From assembly GCA_964458565.1 (NCBI GenBank), contig CAYWJO010000018.1, positions 1 to 58,051 of the forward strand: a DNA stretch of 58,051 nucleotides, read 5' to 3'. Positions 50,931 to 58,051 of this stretch are shown in pieces; position 1 is the first letter of the stretch, and each line of letters begins with the position of its first letter. Origin of the DNA: an uncultured archaeon (lineage in GTDB: Archaea > Asgardarchaeota > Thorarchaeia > Thorarchaeales > Thorarchaeaceae). A program made the position numbers and the translations under genes. The notes under the pieces are model-generated. The model did no database searches. It was not told the origin of the DNA and was given only the letters and a program-made list of their open reading frames with translations.

Positions 50931-51299
50931 ATGACCAGTTCGAATACTGAACCAACAAAGGATATTGACTCCAAAAATCTGACAAGTATGAGAGCCGGTG
51001 CATATTGTATCCTTATTGGCATTGATTCCTCGACATCAAGAAGAGGACATAGACATCGACCTCCATGGCATGGTCGAAAGAAAGGACCAATGAAGATGGG
51101 ACGATTTGGTCAAAAGATGAGATATGGTATGATTATGTCTAGACTTCTTGATTTAGGGCTAACAAAGGGGTGTGTATTTCAAGTCATTCAATCAGCACAA
51201 CGAGGACCAGTGCTTCTGCAAGTGAGAGGAACTCGCATAGCTTTGGGACATGGGCTAGCAAGCAAAGTTCTCGTCAGGGAGGTGCCTTCGCCAATATGA
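50931..51299 (+). CDS. feoA: Ferrous iron transport protein A
   Basis: RLLDLGLTKG, GPVLLQVRGTRIALG..LA.K. Confidence 0.9.
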   Translation: MTSSNTEPTKDIDSKNLTSMRAGAYCILIGIDSSTSRRGHRHRPPWHGRKKGPMKMGRFGQKMRYGMIMSRLLDLGLTKGCVFQVIQSAQRGPVLLQVRGTRIALGHGLASKVLVREVPSPI

Positions 51300-52105
51300 A
51301 AATTCGAGTTGCCCTAATCGGGAATCCAAATGTTGGTAAGTCGGTAATTTTCAACAATCTAACAGGTTCGAAACAACACACAGGAAACTGGCCTGGCAAG
51401 ACTGTTGAGAAGAAATCAGGATATTATACATACAAGGACTGTGAATTCGAAGTCATAGATCTGCCAGGTGTTTACAGTCTAAGTGCGATGTCTGAGGACG
51501 AAGAAGTTGCTAGGCATTACCTTATTGACCATCGTCCAGATGTGGTTGTAGATATTCTTAATGCATCGCAGTTAGAGAGAAACCTCTATCTTACCCTCCT
51601 TCTCATTGAATTTCAGGTCAACCTTGTTATTGCTCTGAACATGTATGATGTGGTTGAAGCACGAGGGGACAAAATAGACATTGATGCTCTGTCTAGTCAT
51701 CTTGGTGCACCCATAGTAAAGACATCAGCCACAAAAAAAGAGGGGATGGATGAACTTAAGGAAGCCATTCTAAAAGCTGTTCCAAAGGGTCTAATCTGTG
51801 ATATTGAGGATTATGCAACAGAACATCTTCCTGGAGACCTTAATGGTGAAGATCATCTTCATTACCACCCGAGACATCATCATCATGGTCAATATGAAAA
51901 GATAAAACCACCTGCAATCAAGTATAGTAAAGACATTGAATTTCGACTCAAGCAAATAGTTGAACTCGTAAAGGAAGACAAGGAGTTGTTTGAAAATTAC
52001 CCTCCGCGTTGGCTTGCTCTGCGTTTATTTGAAAAGGATGAATCAATCCTTCAAATGATTCGCGATCCAAACCTGCGAGAACGAATAGTGGAGGTAACAA
52101 GATGA
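51296..52105 (+). CDS. feoB: FeoB N-terminal GTPase half (split feoB)
   Basis: GNPNVGKS, GNWPGKTVE, DLPG, LERNL, NMYD; ATG overlaps feoA stop (ATGA). Confidence 0.92.
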   Translation: MKIRVALIGNPNVGKSVIFNNLTGSKQHTGNWPGKTVEKKSGYYTYKDCEFEVIDLPGVYSLSAMSEDEEVARHYLIDHRPDVVVDILNASQLERNLYLTLLLIEFQVNLVIALNMYDVVEARGDKIDIDALSSHLGAPIVKTSATKKEGMDELKEAILKAVPKGLICDIEDYATEHLPGDLNGEDHLHYHPRHHHHGQYEKIKPPAIKYSKDIEFRLKQIVELVKEDKELFENYPPRWLALRLFEKDESILQMIRDPNLRERIVEVTR

Positions 52106-53445
52106 ATCTCCCTGAAGAGTCATTGGATTTTGATGACGAGGACGATATTGATGAGGACGGAATAATCGATTCACAAATTCTACTCGCAGATGAGCGGTAC
52201 GAAATAATTGGGTCCATTCTTTGTGATGTTTATGAACCAGGAGAGAAAAAATGGCTTCTTAGTGACATGTTAGATACAGTTCTTCTTCATCGATATCTAG
52301 GATTACCTATATTTTTAATCACGATTTGGGCGATGTTTCATTTTACATTTGAAGCGTCACGTGTTTTCATGTCTATGATTGAAGCTTCTTTCGATTGGAT
52401 CAGTGTCTATACTCAGCAAATACCAATAGAGTGGCTTGCATCTCTGATAACCGATGGTCTCATTGGAGGTGTAGGGTTCATCATTGTTTTCCTACCCCCA
52501 ATTCTATTCATGTATATAGCAATCTCCATTCTTGAGGACACAGGATATCTCGCAAGAGCTGCTTTTGTAATGGATAAAGTTATGATGAAGATGGGGCTTC
52601 ATGGAAGATCCTTCATTCCTCTATTACTCGGATTCGGATGTAGTGTACCCGCAATAATGGCAGCAAGAACTGTTGATGGCGAATCAAATAGACTCACGAC
52701 CATACTGGTCACCCCTTTAATGTCTTGTGCCGCCAGACTACCTGTATATGTCCTAATAGCTGGAGTGTTCTTCCCTGAATTGGCAGGAACAGTGATCTTC
52801 CTGATGTACATTCTAGGTATTTTTATGGCAGTAGTTGTTGCACTTCTACTAAAGAAACTAGTATTTAGAGGTGAATCATCGCCTCTCTTAATGGAACTTC
52901 CAATGTATCAAAGACCTACAATACATGGAACATTCAGACATGCATGGGAAAGAGGTGTATTATTCCTCAAGAAAGCAGGTAGCTATCTTCTTATTGGAGC
53001 ACTAATTCTTTGGTTCATCTCTAACTGGGGACTTTCTGGTTATGTTAATGGTGACGTAAATTCATCATTTGTTGCCATAATTGGACAGAGTTTACAGCCA
53101 ATATTTGCACCACTGGGTTTTAGCTGGGAGATAGTTGCAGCTTTAGTCTTCGGATTACTTGCAAAAGAAATTGTAGTTGAATCCCTAGGAATCATATTAG
53201 CACCAGCAGGAGTTGGAATCGAAGTAGCACTACAAGGTCTGATTTCCCCACTATCTGCTTTCGCTCTGATGGTTTTTGTGCTTCTTTACACACCATGCAT
53301 TGCAGCAGTAGCTACGGTGAAATCTGAAACAGGCTCATGGAAATGGACTGCTTTTTCAGTTGCCTATCAATTGATTCTAGCATATCTCATGGCCCTGAGT
53401 ATTGTGGTAATCGGAACGCTATTATTAGGAGGACTAGTAGTATGA
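52102..53445 (+). CDS. feoB: FeoB membrane half (split feoB)
   Basis: LEDTGYLARAA, GFGCSVPA, MSCAARLPVY, MELP.Y, LAKEIVV, LYTPC. Confidence 0.92.
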   Translation: MNLPEESLDFDDEDDIDEDGIIDSQILLADERYEIIGSILCDVYEPGEKKWLLSDMLDTVLLHRYLGLPIFLITIWAMFHFTFEASRVFMSMIEASFDWISVYTQQIPIEWLASLITDGLIGGVGFIIVFLPPILFMYIAISILEDTGYLARAAFVMDKVMMKMGLHGRSFIPLLLGFGCSVPAIMAARTVDGESNRLTTILVTPLMSCAARLPVYVLIAGVFFPELAGTVIFLMYILGIFMAVVVALLLKKLVFRGESSPLLMELPMYQRPTIHGTFRHAWERGVLFLKKAGSYLLIGALILWFISNWGLSGYVNGDVNSSFVAIIGQSLQPIFAPLGFSWEIVAALVFGLLAKEIVVESLGIILAPAGVGIEVALQGLISPLSAFALMVFVLLYTPCIAAVATVKSETGSWKWTAFSVAYQLILAYLMALSIVVIGTLLLGGLVV

Positions 53446-53906
53446 GCCAAGATGAGATTAATCCTAAATATCTCATGATTTTCACTAGTTTTGTAGGATT
53501 TTCATATTTGACTGCAGGGATTTTACAAATCATACTTGGATTTACGGATTTGATAATTCCATTCATCCCAAGTGATCCAATTGTTGGGATGATATTGGTA
53601 TGCGTATCACTTGTTTTCACCATTGGTGCCGTTCATTATAGAAGAAAGAAGAGAGACGCCTATGCGTTCATGATTGTTGGAATGATACTTGCTGGGATAA
53701 TTTTTGTACTCCATATCATTACGATTCTTACTAATGGATTAGGGTGGGTTTTACAATTGGAGGACTTCGTTACATGGAATATTCAAAGTGAAGTTGTACC
53801 TGCAATCTGGCTATTCCCAATCTATGCGCTGATTCTTAGAGTGATGAATAAGGATGGAAGTTCATTATTTGATTTGAAACTAATACCGGGAGGAGAAAAG
53901 AATTGA
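53442..53906 (+). CDS. 4-TM membrane protein in feo operon
   Basis: ATG 53442 overlaps feoB stop; hydrophobic helices. Confidence 0.72.
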   Translation: MSQDEINPKYLMIFTSFVGFSYLTAGILQIILGFTDLIIPFIPSDPIVGMILVCVSLVFTIGAVHYRRKKRDAYAFMIVGMILAGIIFVLHIITILTNGLGWVLQLEDFVTWNIQSEVVPAIWLFPIYALILRVMNKDGSSLFDLKLIPGGEKN

Positions 53907-54169
53907 TAAAGCAGGTGTTACATCTAATGATTAATGAAGGAATTGTCACGAAGAAGCAGATGGCACAATCACTTGGAATTGAGGAGGAAACACTTGACGA
54001 TATACTCCAATTGTTAGTATCTCGTGGAATGCTTCGTGTGAATGATTGTAAACAAATCGATTCAACACTCTGCTCGTCTTGTGCCTATAGCGAAGGATGC
54101 AGTCCTGAAGCATCAACAAGAATGGAATACTTTGTCACTGAGAAAGGAAGGAGGTATGCAGCACAGTGA
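53903..54169 (+). CDS. feoC: FeoC-like wHTH with Cys cluster
   Basis: wHTH plus C..C....C (CSSCAYSEGC); operon context. Confidence 0.75.
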   Translation: MIKQVLHLMINEGIVTKKQMAQSLGIEEETLDDILQLLVSRGMLRVNDCKQIDSTLCSSCAYSEGCSPEASTRMEYFVTEKGRRYAAQ

Positions 54170-54606
54170 AATCGGATAGCCAAATACAGACAGAACTGAG
54201 CAAGTCTCTTGAAGAATACCTGAAGATCGCACATGAATTAGAAACTGAAACCGGAGCAGCCGCAGCCTCAGATATCGCAGATCGCCTAGGAGTCAAAGCA
54301 CCGAGTGTAACATCTGCATTAAAGAGATTGAGAAACCTAGGTCTGATAGAATATGAACCATACAGCAACGTCACCTTGACAGATGAAGGAAGATTGAAAG
54401 CTAATGAACTCGCTCTAAGAAAACGGATTCTAGTTGAGTTCTTAACACTCATCAATGTTGACAAAGAGATTGCATCAGAAGATGCATGTGAAATCGAACA
54501 TATCCTCAATCAGAAGACTATTCAGAAACTTATGCGTTTCGTGGTTTTTCTGCAGACGAATCAAAACGCTATCAAAATGATGGAGAAATTCAGACAGGGC
54601 ACATAG
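54166..54606 (+). CDS. DtxR/MntR-family metal-dependent repressor
   Basis: EEYLK, DIADRLGVKAPSVT, LTDEG, DACEIEH. Confidence 0.93.
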   Translation: MKSDSQIQTELSKSLEEYLKIAHELETETGAAAASDIADRLGVKAPSVTSALKRLRNLGLIEYEPYSNVTLTDEGRLKANELALRKRILVEFLTLINVDKEIASEDACEIEHILNQKTIQKLMRFVVFLQTNQNAIKMMEKFRQGT

Positions 54607-54763
54607 AGATAACCACTTTGATCATTATACCTGAATGAAAATCCCAACTCGCTTCCAAGGTGTCTATATGGTTTTTAACGATAAAATTCCAAATCACCCG
54701 CGGAAATATATGAGACGATGAACATGATAAATTTGTAATATATTATAACCAGGAGGTCATTAT

Positions 54764-55561
54764 TTGATTATCAATCCATTAGGTACAGATTTAGAGACTT
54801 TGTGGGATTTAGTAGCAGCTTTCATCTCTATTATTGCAGTGATGATGGTCGTGCTGATCAACGGTGCTATCCAAAAGAAAGGAATTCTTTCAACGGATGT
54901 AACAAGAAAGATTGTACATATATTCGCAGGACCTGTTTTTCTTGTAACTTGGTTACTATATAGCGGCGGACTGTTTAGCCGCTTCATAGCAATGATAGTG
55001 CCAATACTATTTGTACTACTATTTGTGGGAATTGGAACAGGAAAAGTAGAGAATGAAGCTTTTGTAGCATCAATGTCACGTTCAGGTAATCCAGCAGAAC
55101 TTTTGAAAGGTACACTATACTATGCAATCTGGATTGTGATTATCACTATCGTTTGGTTCTATGTCCCTGCAGGTAACCTAGCAGGAGCGAATCCTATGGC
55201 ATTTGTAATCATAGGATGCATTGCTGGTGGAGATGGACTCGCAGACGTAATTGGACGCAAGTTCGGGGGTGACAGGAAATTTGGAATTGGCGGAGCTGAG
55301 AAGACGATAGTAGGTTCAGTAGGAATGTTCATCGGAGCATTTCTTTTTAGCTCCATATTAGTATTCATTTTCTCATTGGAGGTACCATTTGATTTGATAG
55401 CACTTCTAATCCCAATTCTTATCATTAGCTTTTTTGTCACTATTGTAGAAGCACTATCACCACCAAATCTCGACAACTGGACTATTCCAATCACTGTTAT
55501 TGTATTAGTAGTTCTCCTAAGCTCAATTGGCTTGTGGCCATATTCACTTACAACATTCTAG
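54764..55561 (+). CDS. CTP-dependent prenol (phytol/farnesol/dolichol) kinase-like membrane protein
   Basis: TRKIVHI, MSRSG...ELLKG.LYY, GDGLADVIGRKFG, KT..GS, VEA...DN. Confidence 0.85.
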   Translation: MIINPLGTDLETLWDLVAAFISIIAVMMVVLINGAIQKKGILSTDVTRKIVHIFAGPVFLVTWLLYSGGLFSRFIAMIVPILFVLLFVGIGTGKVENEAFVASMSRSGNPAELLKGTLYYAIWIVIITIVWFYVPAGNLAGANPMAFVIIGCIAGGDGLADVIGRKFGGDRKFGIGGAEKTIVGSVGMFIGAFLFSSILVFIFSLEVPFDLIALLIPILIISFFVTIVEALSPPNLDNWTIPITVIVLVVLLSSIGLWPYSLTTF

Positions 55562-55573
55562 ACAGGTGACATA

Positions 55574-56392
55574 ATGTTGACAAAGGATCTCACAATCCTC
55601 AAACTGGGTGGTTCTCTGCTTACAGATAAGACTAAACCCTATTCACTTCGTGAAGATATACTTAAACAAGTTACTCACGAGATTAAGGAGTGTATCGAAA
55701 TAGGGCTCCTCGATTCGATGATAATTCTTCATGGTGTGGGATCCTTTGGTCATCCCCCAGTCTTAGAATACAAATTACATCGTGGATTCAGTGGCCCTGA
55801 GCAGCTCAGTCCCTTATCTAAGACACAGCAGATTGTTAATAGGTTTAGACTTCAGTTGGTCGAAGCATTCCATGAAGCTAATGTACCTATTATCCTGATG
55901 CATCCATCCTCAATTATCGTATCTAAGAAGATGAAAATGACCAATTTTTTCCTAGAATCATTGAAGGGATTCATGAAACTTGGCATGACTCCTTTACTAG
56001 GTGGAGATCTTCTCTATGATACAGTAATGGGATTCAGTGTCGGAAGTGCTGATCAGCTAGCATCAATTTTAGCGGATCAATTGGGGGCAAATCGGTTGAT
56101 ATTTGCAACAGATGTGGATGGTGTGTACAATGGAGACCCCAAGGTAGATTCTAATGCTGAATTAATTTCTGAAATCAATTTGGACAATATAGAAGAAGTC
56201 ATGCAGAAAATGGGGCAAGCTGGTCAAGTTGATGCTAGTGGAGCCATGAAAGGTAAGTTGGTATCATTGCTTCATATCAAGGAGAAGATTAAGAGAGGTC
56301 TCAAAGTGTCCATCATCTCGATGCTATCTGAAGGGAACCTAATATCTGCTCTGCAAGACAAAAATCCAAATTGTACAAAAATCGTAGCATAG
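55574..56392 (+). CDS. ipk: Isopentenyl phosphate kinase
   Basis: KLGGSLLTDK, HGVGSFGH (IPK His), TDVDGVY, DASGAMKGK. Confidence 0.88.
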   Translation: MLTKDLTILKLGGSLLTDKTKPYSLREDILKQVTHEIKECIEIGLLDSMIILHGVGSFGHPPVLEYKLHRGFSGPEQLSPLSKTQQIVNRFRLQLVEAFHEANVPIILMHPSSIIVSKKMKMTNFFLESLKGFMKLGMTPLLGGDLLYDTVMGFSVGSADQLASILADQLGANRLIFATDVDGVYNGDPKVDSNAELISEINLDNIEEVMQKMGQAGQVDASGAMKGKLVSLLHIKEKIKRGLKVSIISMLSEGNLISALQDKNPNCTKIVA

Positions 56393-56456
56393 AACGTTAT
56401 ACTCCTTAAGAAAGGTCTATATCATTTGAGTTCAAGGATTAGATAGGTATATTGTA

Positions 56457-56735
56457 TTGAGTGGAAATGTTCAGGATTCTAAGTTCTACGAAAAGAGATA
56501 CCATCTTGAGGAAAGAGAACGGAGACGTCGATTGGTATGTAATGGTGTGTTTATTGCATTTACTCTGGTTCTGGCAATCGGATTTGCACAATCACTTTTT
56601 GTTGAGGCTATAAGTGGCTATCAGGTTTATCTGATATTGATACCATATGCGTTTCTCTCAGCAGGATCATTCATAGCTTGGATTCTGTACCACATCTACT
56701 CACGTCGTGTCCTTCGTGGTCTTAGAGATAGCTGA
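56457..56735 (+). CDS. Small 2-TM membrane protein
   Basis: Charged N-terminus, two hydrophobic helices. Confidence 0.6.
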   Translation: MSGNVQDSKFYEKRYHLEERERRRRLVCNGVFIAFTLVLAIGFAQSLFVEAISGYQVYLILIPYAFLSAGSFIAWILYHIYSRRVLRGLRDS

Positions 56736-56754
56736 TACTCATCGAGGTATTGCA

Positions 56755-58051
56755 TTATTGTTTCCGTCGTAATAAGACAATGATCACAATTGCGATGACA
56801 CAAATTCCAATACCAATTATCACAAAACTCAGTCCGTAATCTTCAGGGCCACTTACCTCACCATTAAGAATAGCACCAGCTTCATACCAAGAATCAGCAA
56901 TCATCATGAGATGAGAGGAAATCTCTTCAATATCATTCGTATAATCTTGAAGGATTGAAGACAAATCATCAGATGTTTGATAATCCTCAGCGATAGCACT
57001 GAATGTGTCTAACAATAGGGAACTATGTCCGAGAGGATTCATTACATCAATCAGAGAACTATTGTGACTAAGAGATTCAAAATGTGGTATTGCTTCCTCA
57101 CATTTCGATAAAAATAAGCTGAGATCAATGTTTGGTAAAAGATTAGGTAGAGCCCTTATACTAACCTTATATGCTAGATATTGTAGGGTAATCATTGACT
57201 CTAGTCCAACAGCTAAAGAATAGAGAACAATGGTTTGGTTTTCTTTACCATCAAATTCTTGAATATAGGCGTGGATACCAATGGTTGTCAAATCAAGACT
57301 TAATCCTCTGAATGCCTTCTCTCCTACACTTAAGTAATAGAAGCTATCTGTTCCTTGAAAGTATGAAGAGCGATTTCCAAGTAACCTATCCACAAGATAG
57401 CTACCGAGCTCTTTATCGAAATTATTCGTAGGAGTATCATTTGGTATGAAAGACTCGGTCCAATACCCTAATGCAGCCCAAGCAAGACTAAAGCGATTAT
57501 ATGAAATTGTATATTCATATCTACCGTCCTCAGGATATCCATAATTATCACCCAAAGCCCCCACTCCTGGGTCAAGCACGTAGACTTCATGGTTGAGGTC
57601 GTCATATCCTGTAATGACAATCATATGAGCTGAACCTGTGTTGGTGCTACGAATATCATAAATTCTTGTAAACTCATAATCTTCAGGAGGAAGGTAATAC
57701 GGGTCTACAGCAACAACCAAAGGATAACCCGCATCGATAATACTTCTCATGATATTGAACGCATCAATTTCTGATTCTATATGGACAAAATCTTGACCAC
57801 TCATATACACTTGATGCGCAACTGTTGAAGCTATTTCGTGATATCCATCTGCATATAATCTATGACTAAGTCCATAAAGTTCACAAACTTTGGAAGCAGA
57901 AAGGAATTGATCGTAGAAAGGGCCAGGCTTGAAAAACATTATTCTATCAGATCGAACATAGAAGGCAGATAGACCAAGCCCCGAAGCTGCGAGAAATTCA
58001 TGTAGTGAAATGTCAATTCCAGCATATTGTAAAGCCATAGTTGCAGCTGCT
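56755..58051 (-). CDS. Partial C39-like/BtrH-like papain-fold peptidase with C-terminal TM anchor
   Basis: Frame open to the window edge (...AAATMALQY); GYPLVV.VDPYYL, AHMIVITGYD, VLDPG; TM + RRKQ. Confidence 0.75.
   Translation of the reverse strand, partial: AAATMALQYAGIDISLHEFLAASGLGLSAFYVRSDRIMFFKPGPFYDQFLSASKVCELYGLSHRLYADGYHEIASTVAHQVYMSGQDFVHIESEIDAFNIMRSIIDAGYPLVVAVDPYYLPPEDYEFTRIYDIRSTNTGSAHMIVITGYDDLNHEVYVLDPGVGALGDNYGYPEDGRYEYTISYNRFSLAWAALGYWTESFIPNDTPTNNFDKELGSYLVDRLLGNRSSYFQGTDSFYYLSVGEKAFRGLSLDLTTIGIHAYIQEFDGKENQTIVLYSLAVGLESMITLQYLAYKVSIRALPNLLPNIDLSLFLSKCEEAIPHFESLSHNSSLIDVMNPLGHSSLLLDTFSAIAEDYQTSDDLSSILQDYTNDIEEISSHLMMIADSWYEAGAILNGEVSGPEDYGLSFVIIGIGICVIAIVIIVLLRRKQ

Noticed and set aside
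52095-52110. Selenocysteine read-through or frameshift joining the feoB halves
   Set aside because: Halves are in different frames with an ATGA overlap and RBS; no SECIS-like element recognised
899-55494. Many short antisense or alternate-frame ORFs in the track (e.g. 899-1174, 1829-2206, 25567-25914, 46129-46557, 54135-54509)
   Set aside because: They overlap well-supported genes and have no motifs; shadow ORFs
1-58051. CRISPR array, transposase, integrase, rRNA
   Set aside because: No regularly spaced repeats or recognisable motifs seen

Overview
Gene-dense, AT-rich archaeal chromosomal window, most likely from an Asgard archaeon (Thorarchaeia-like). This is inferred from longin/small-GTPase fusions, archaeal IPK, a SAMP/MoaD-like protein, AOR and archaeal TATA/RBS signals; it is not proven. 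It holds about 50 CDS and one tRNA-Cys(GCA). No rRNA, CRISPR array, transposase or integrase was seen. Left part: ppa, HAD, nadA, an NAD kinase-wHTH fusion, a beta-CASP nuclease, and a tandem pair of paralogous longin-GTPase-longin-2xwHTH proteins (one intact GTPase, one pseudo-GTPase, NPRL2/3-like C-termini), followed by an orphan m6A plus circularly permuted m5C methyltransferase pair. Middle part (~18-32 kb, beside the tRNA): an accessory catabolic region with internally deleted genes, a eutA lacking eutBC, two SCP2 proteins, MoaD, a 1213-aa aldehyde:ferredoxin oxidoreductase-acyl-CoA ligase fusion and a GH3. Right part: fdhD, non-Pyl MttB, an alpha-solenoid repeat protein, a membrane-anchored gingipain, cysS, larA-like, a feoA/split feoB/feoC/DtxR operon with operator, a prenol kinase-like plus IPK pair, and a partial C39-like peptidase. 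The best candidates for undescribed systems are the GTPase/pseudo-GTPase pair (5.7-9.4 kb) and the AOR-ligase/SCP2 module (23.9-28.8 kb). All family calls come from reading motifs by eye; no searches were run.
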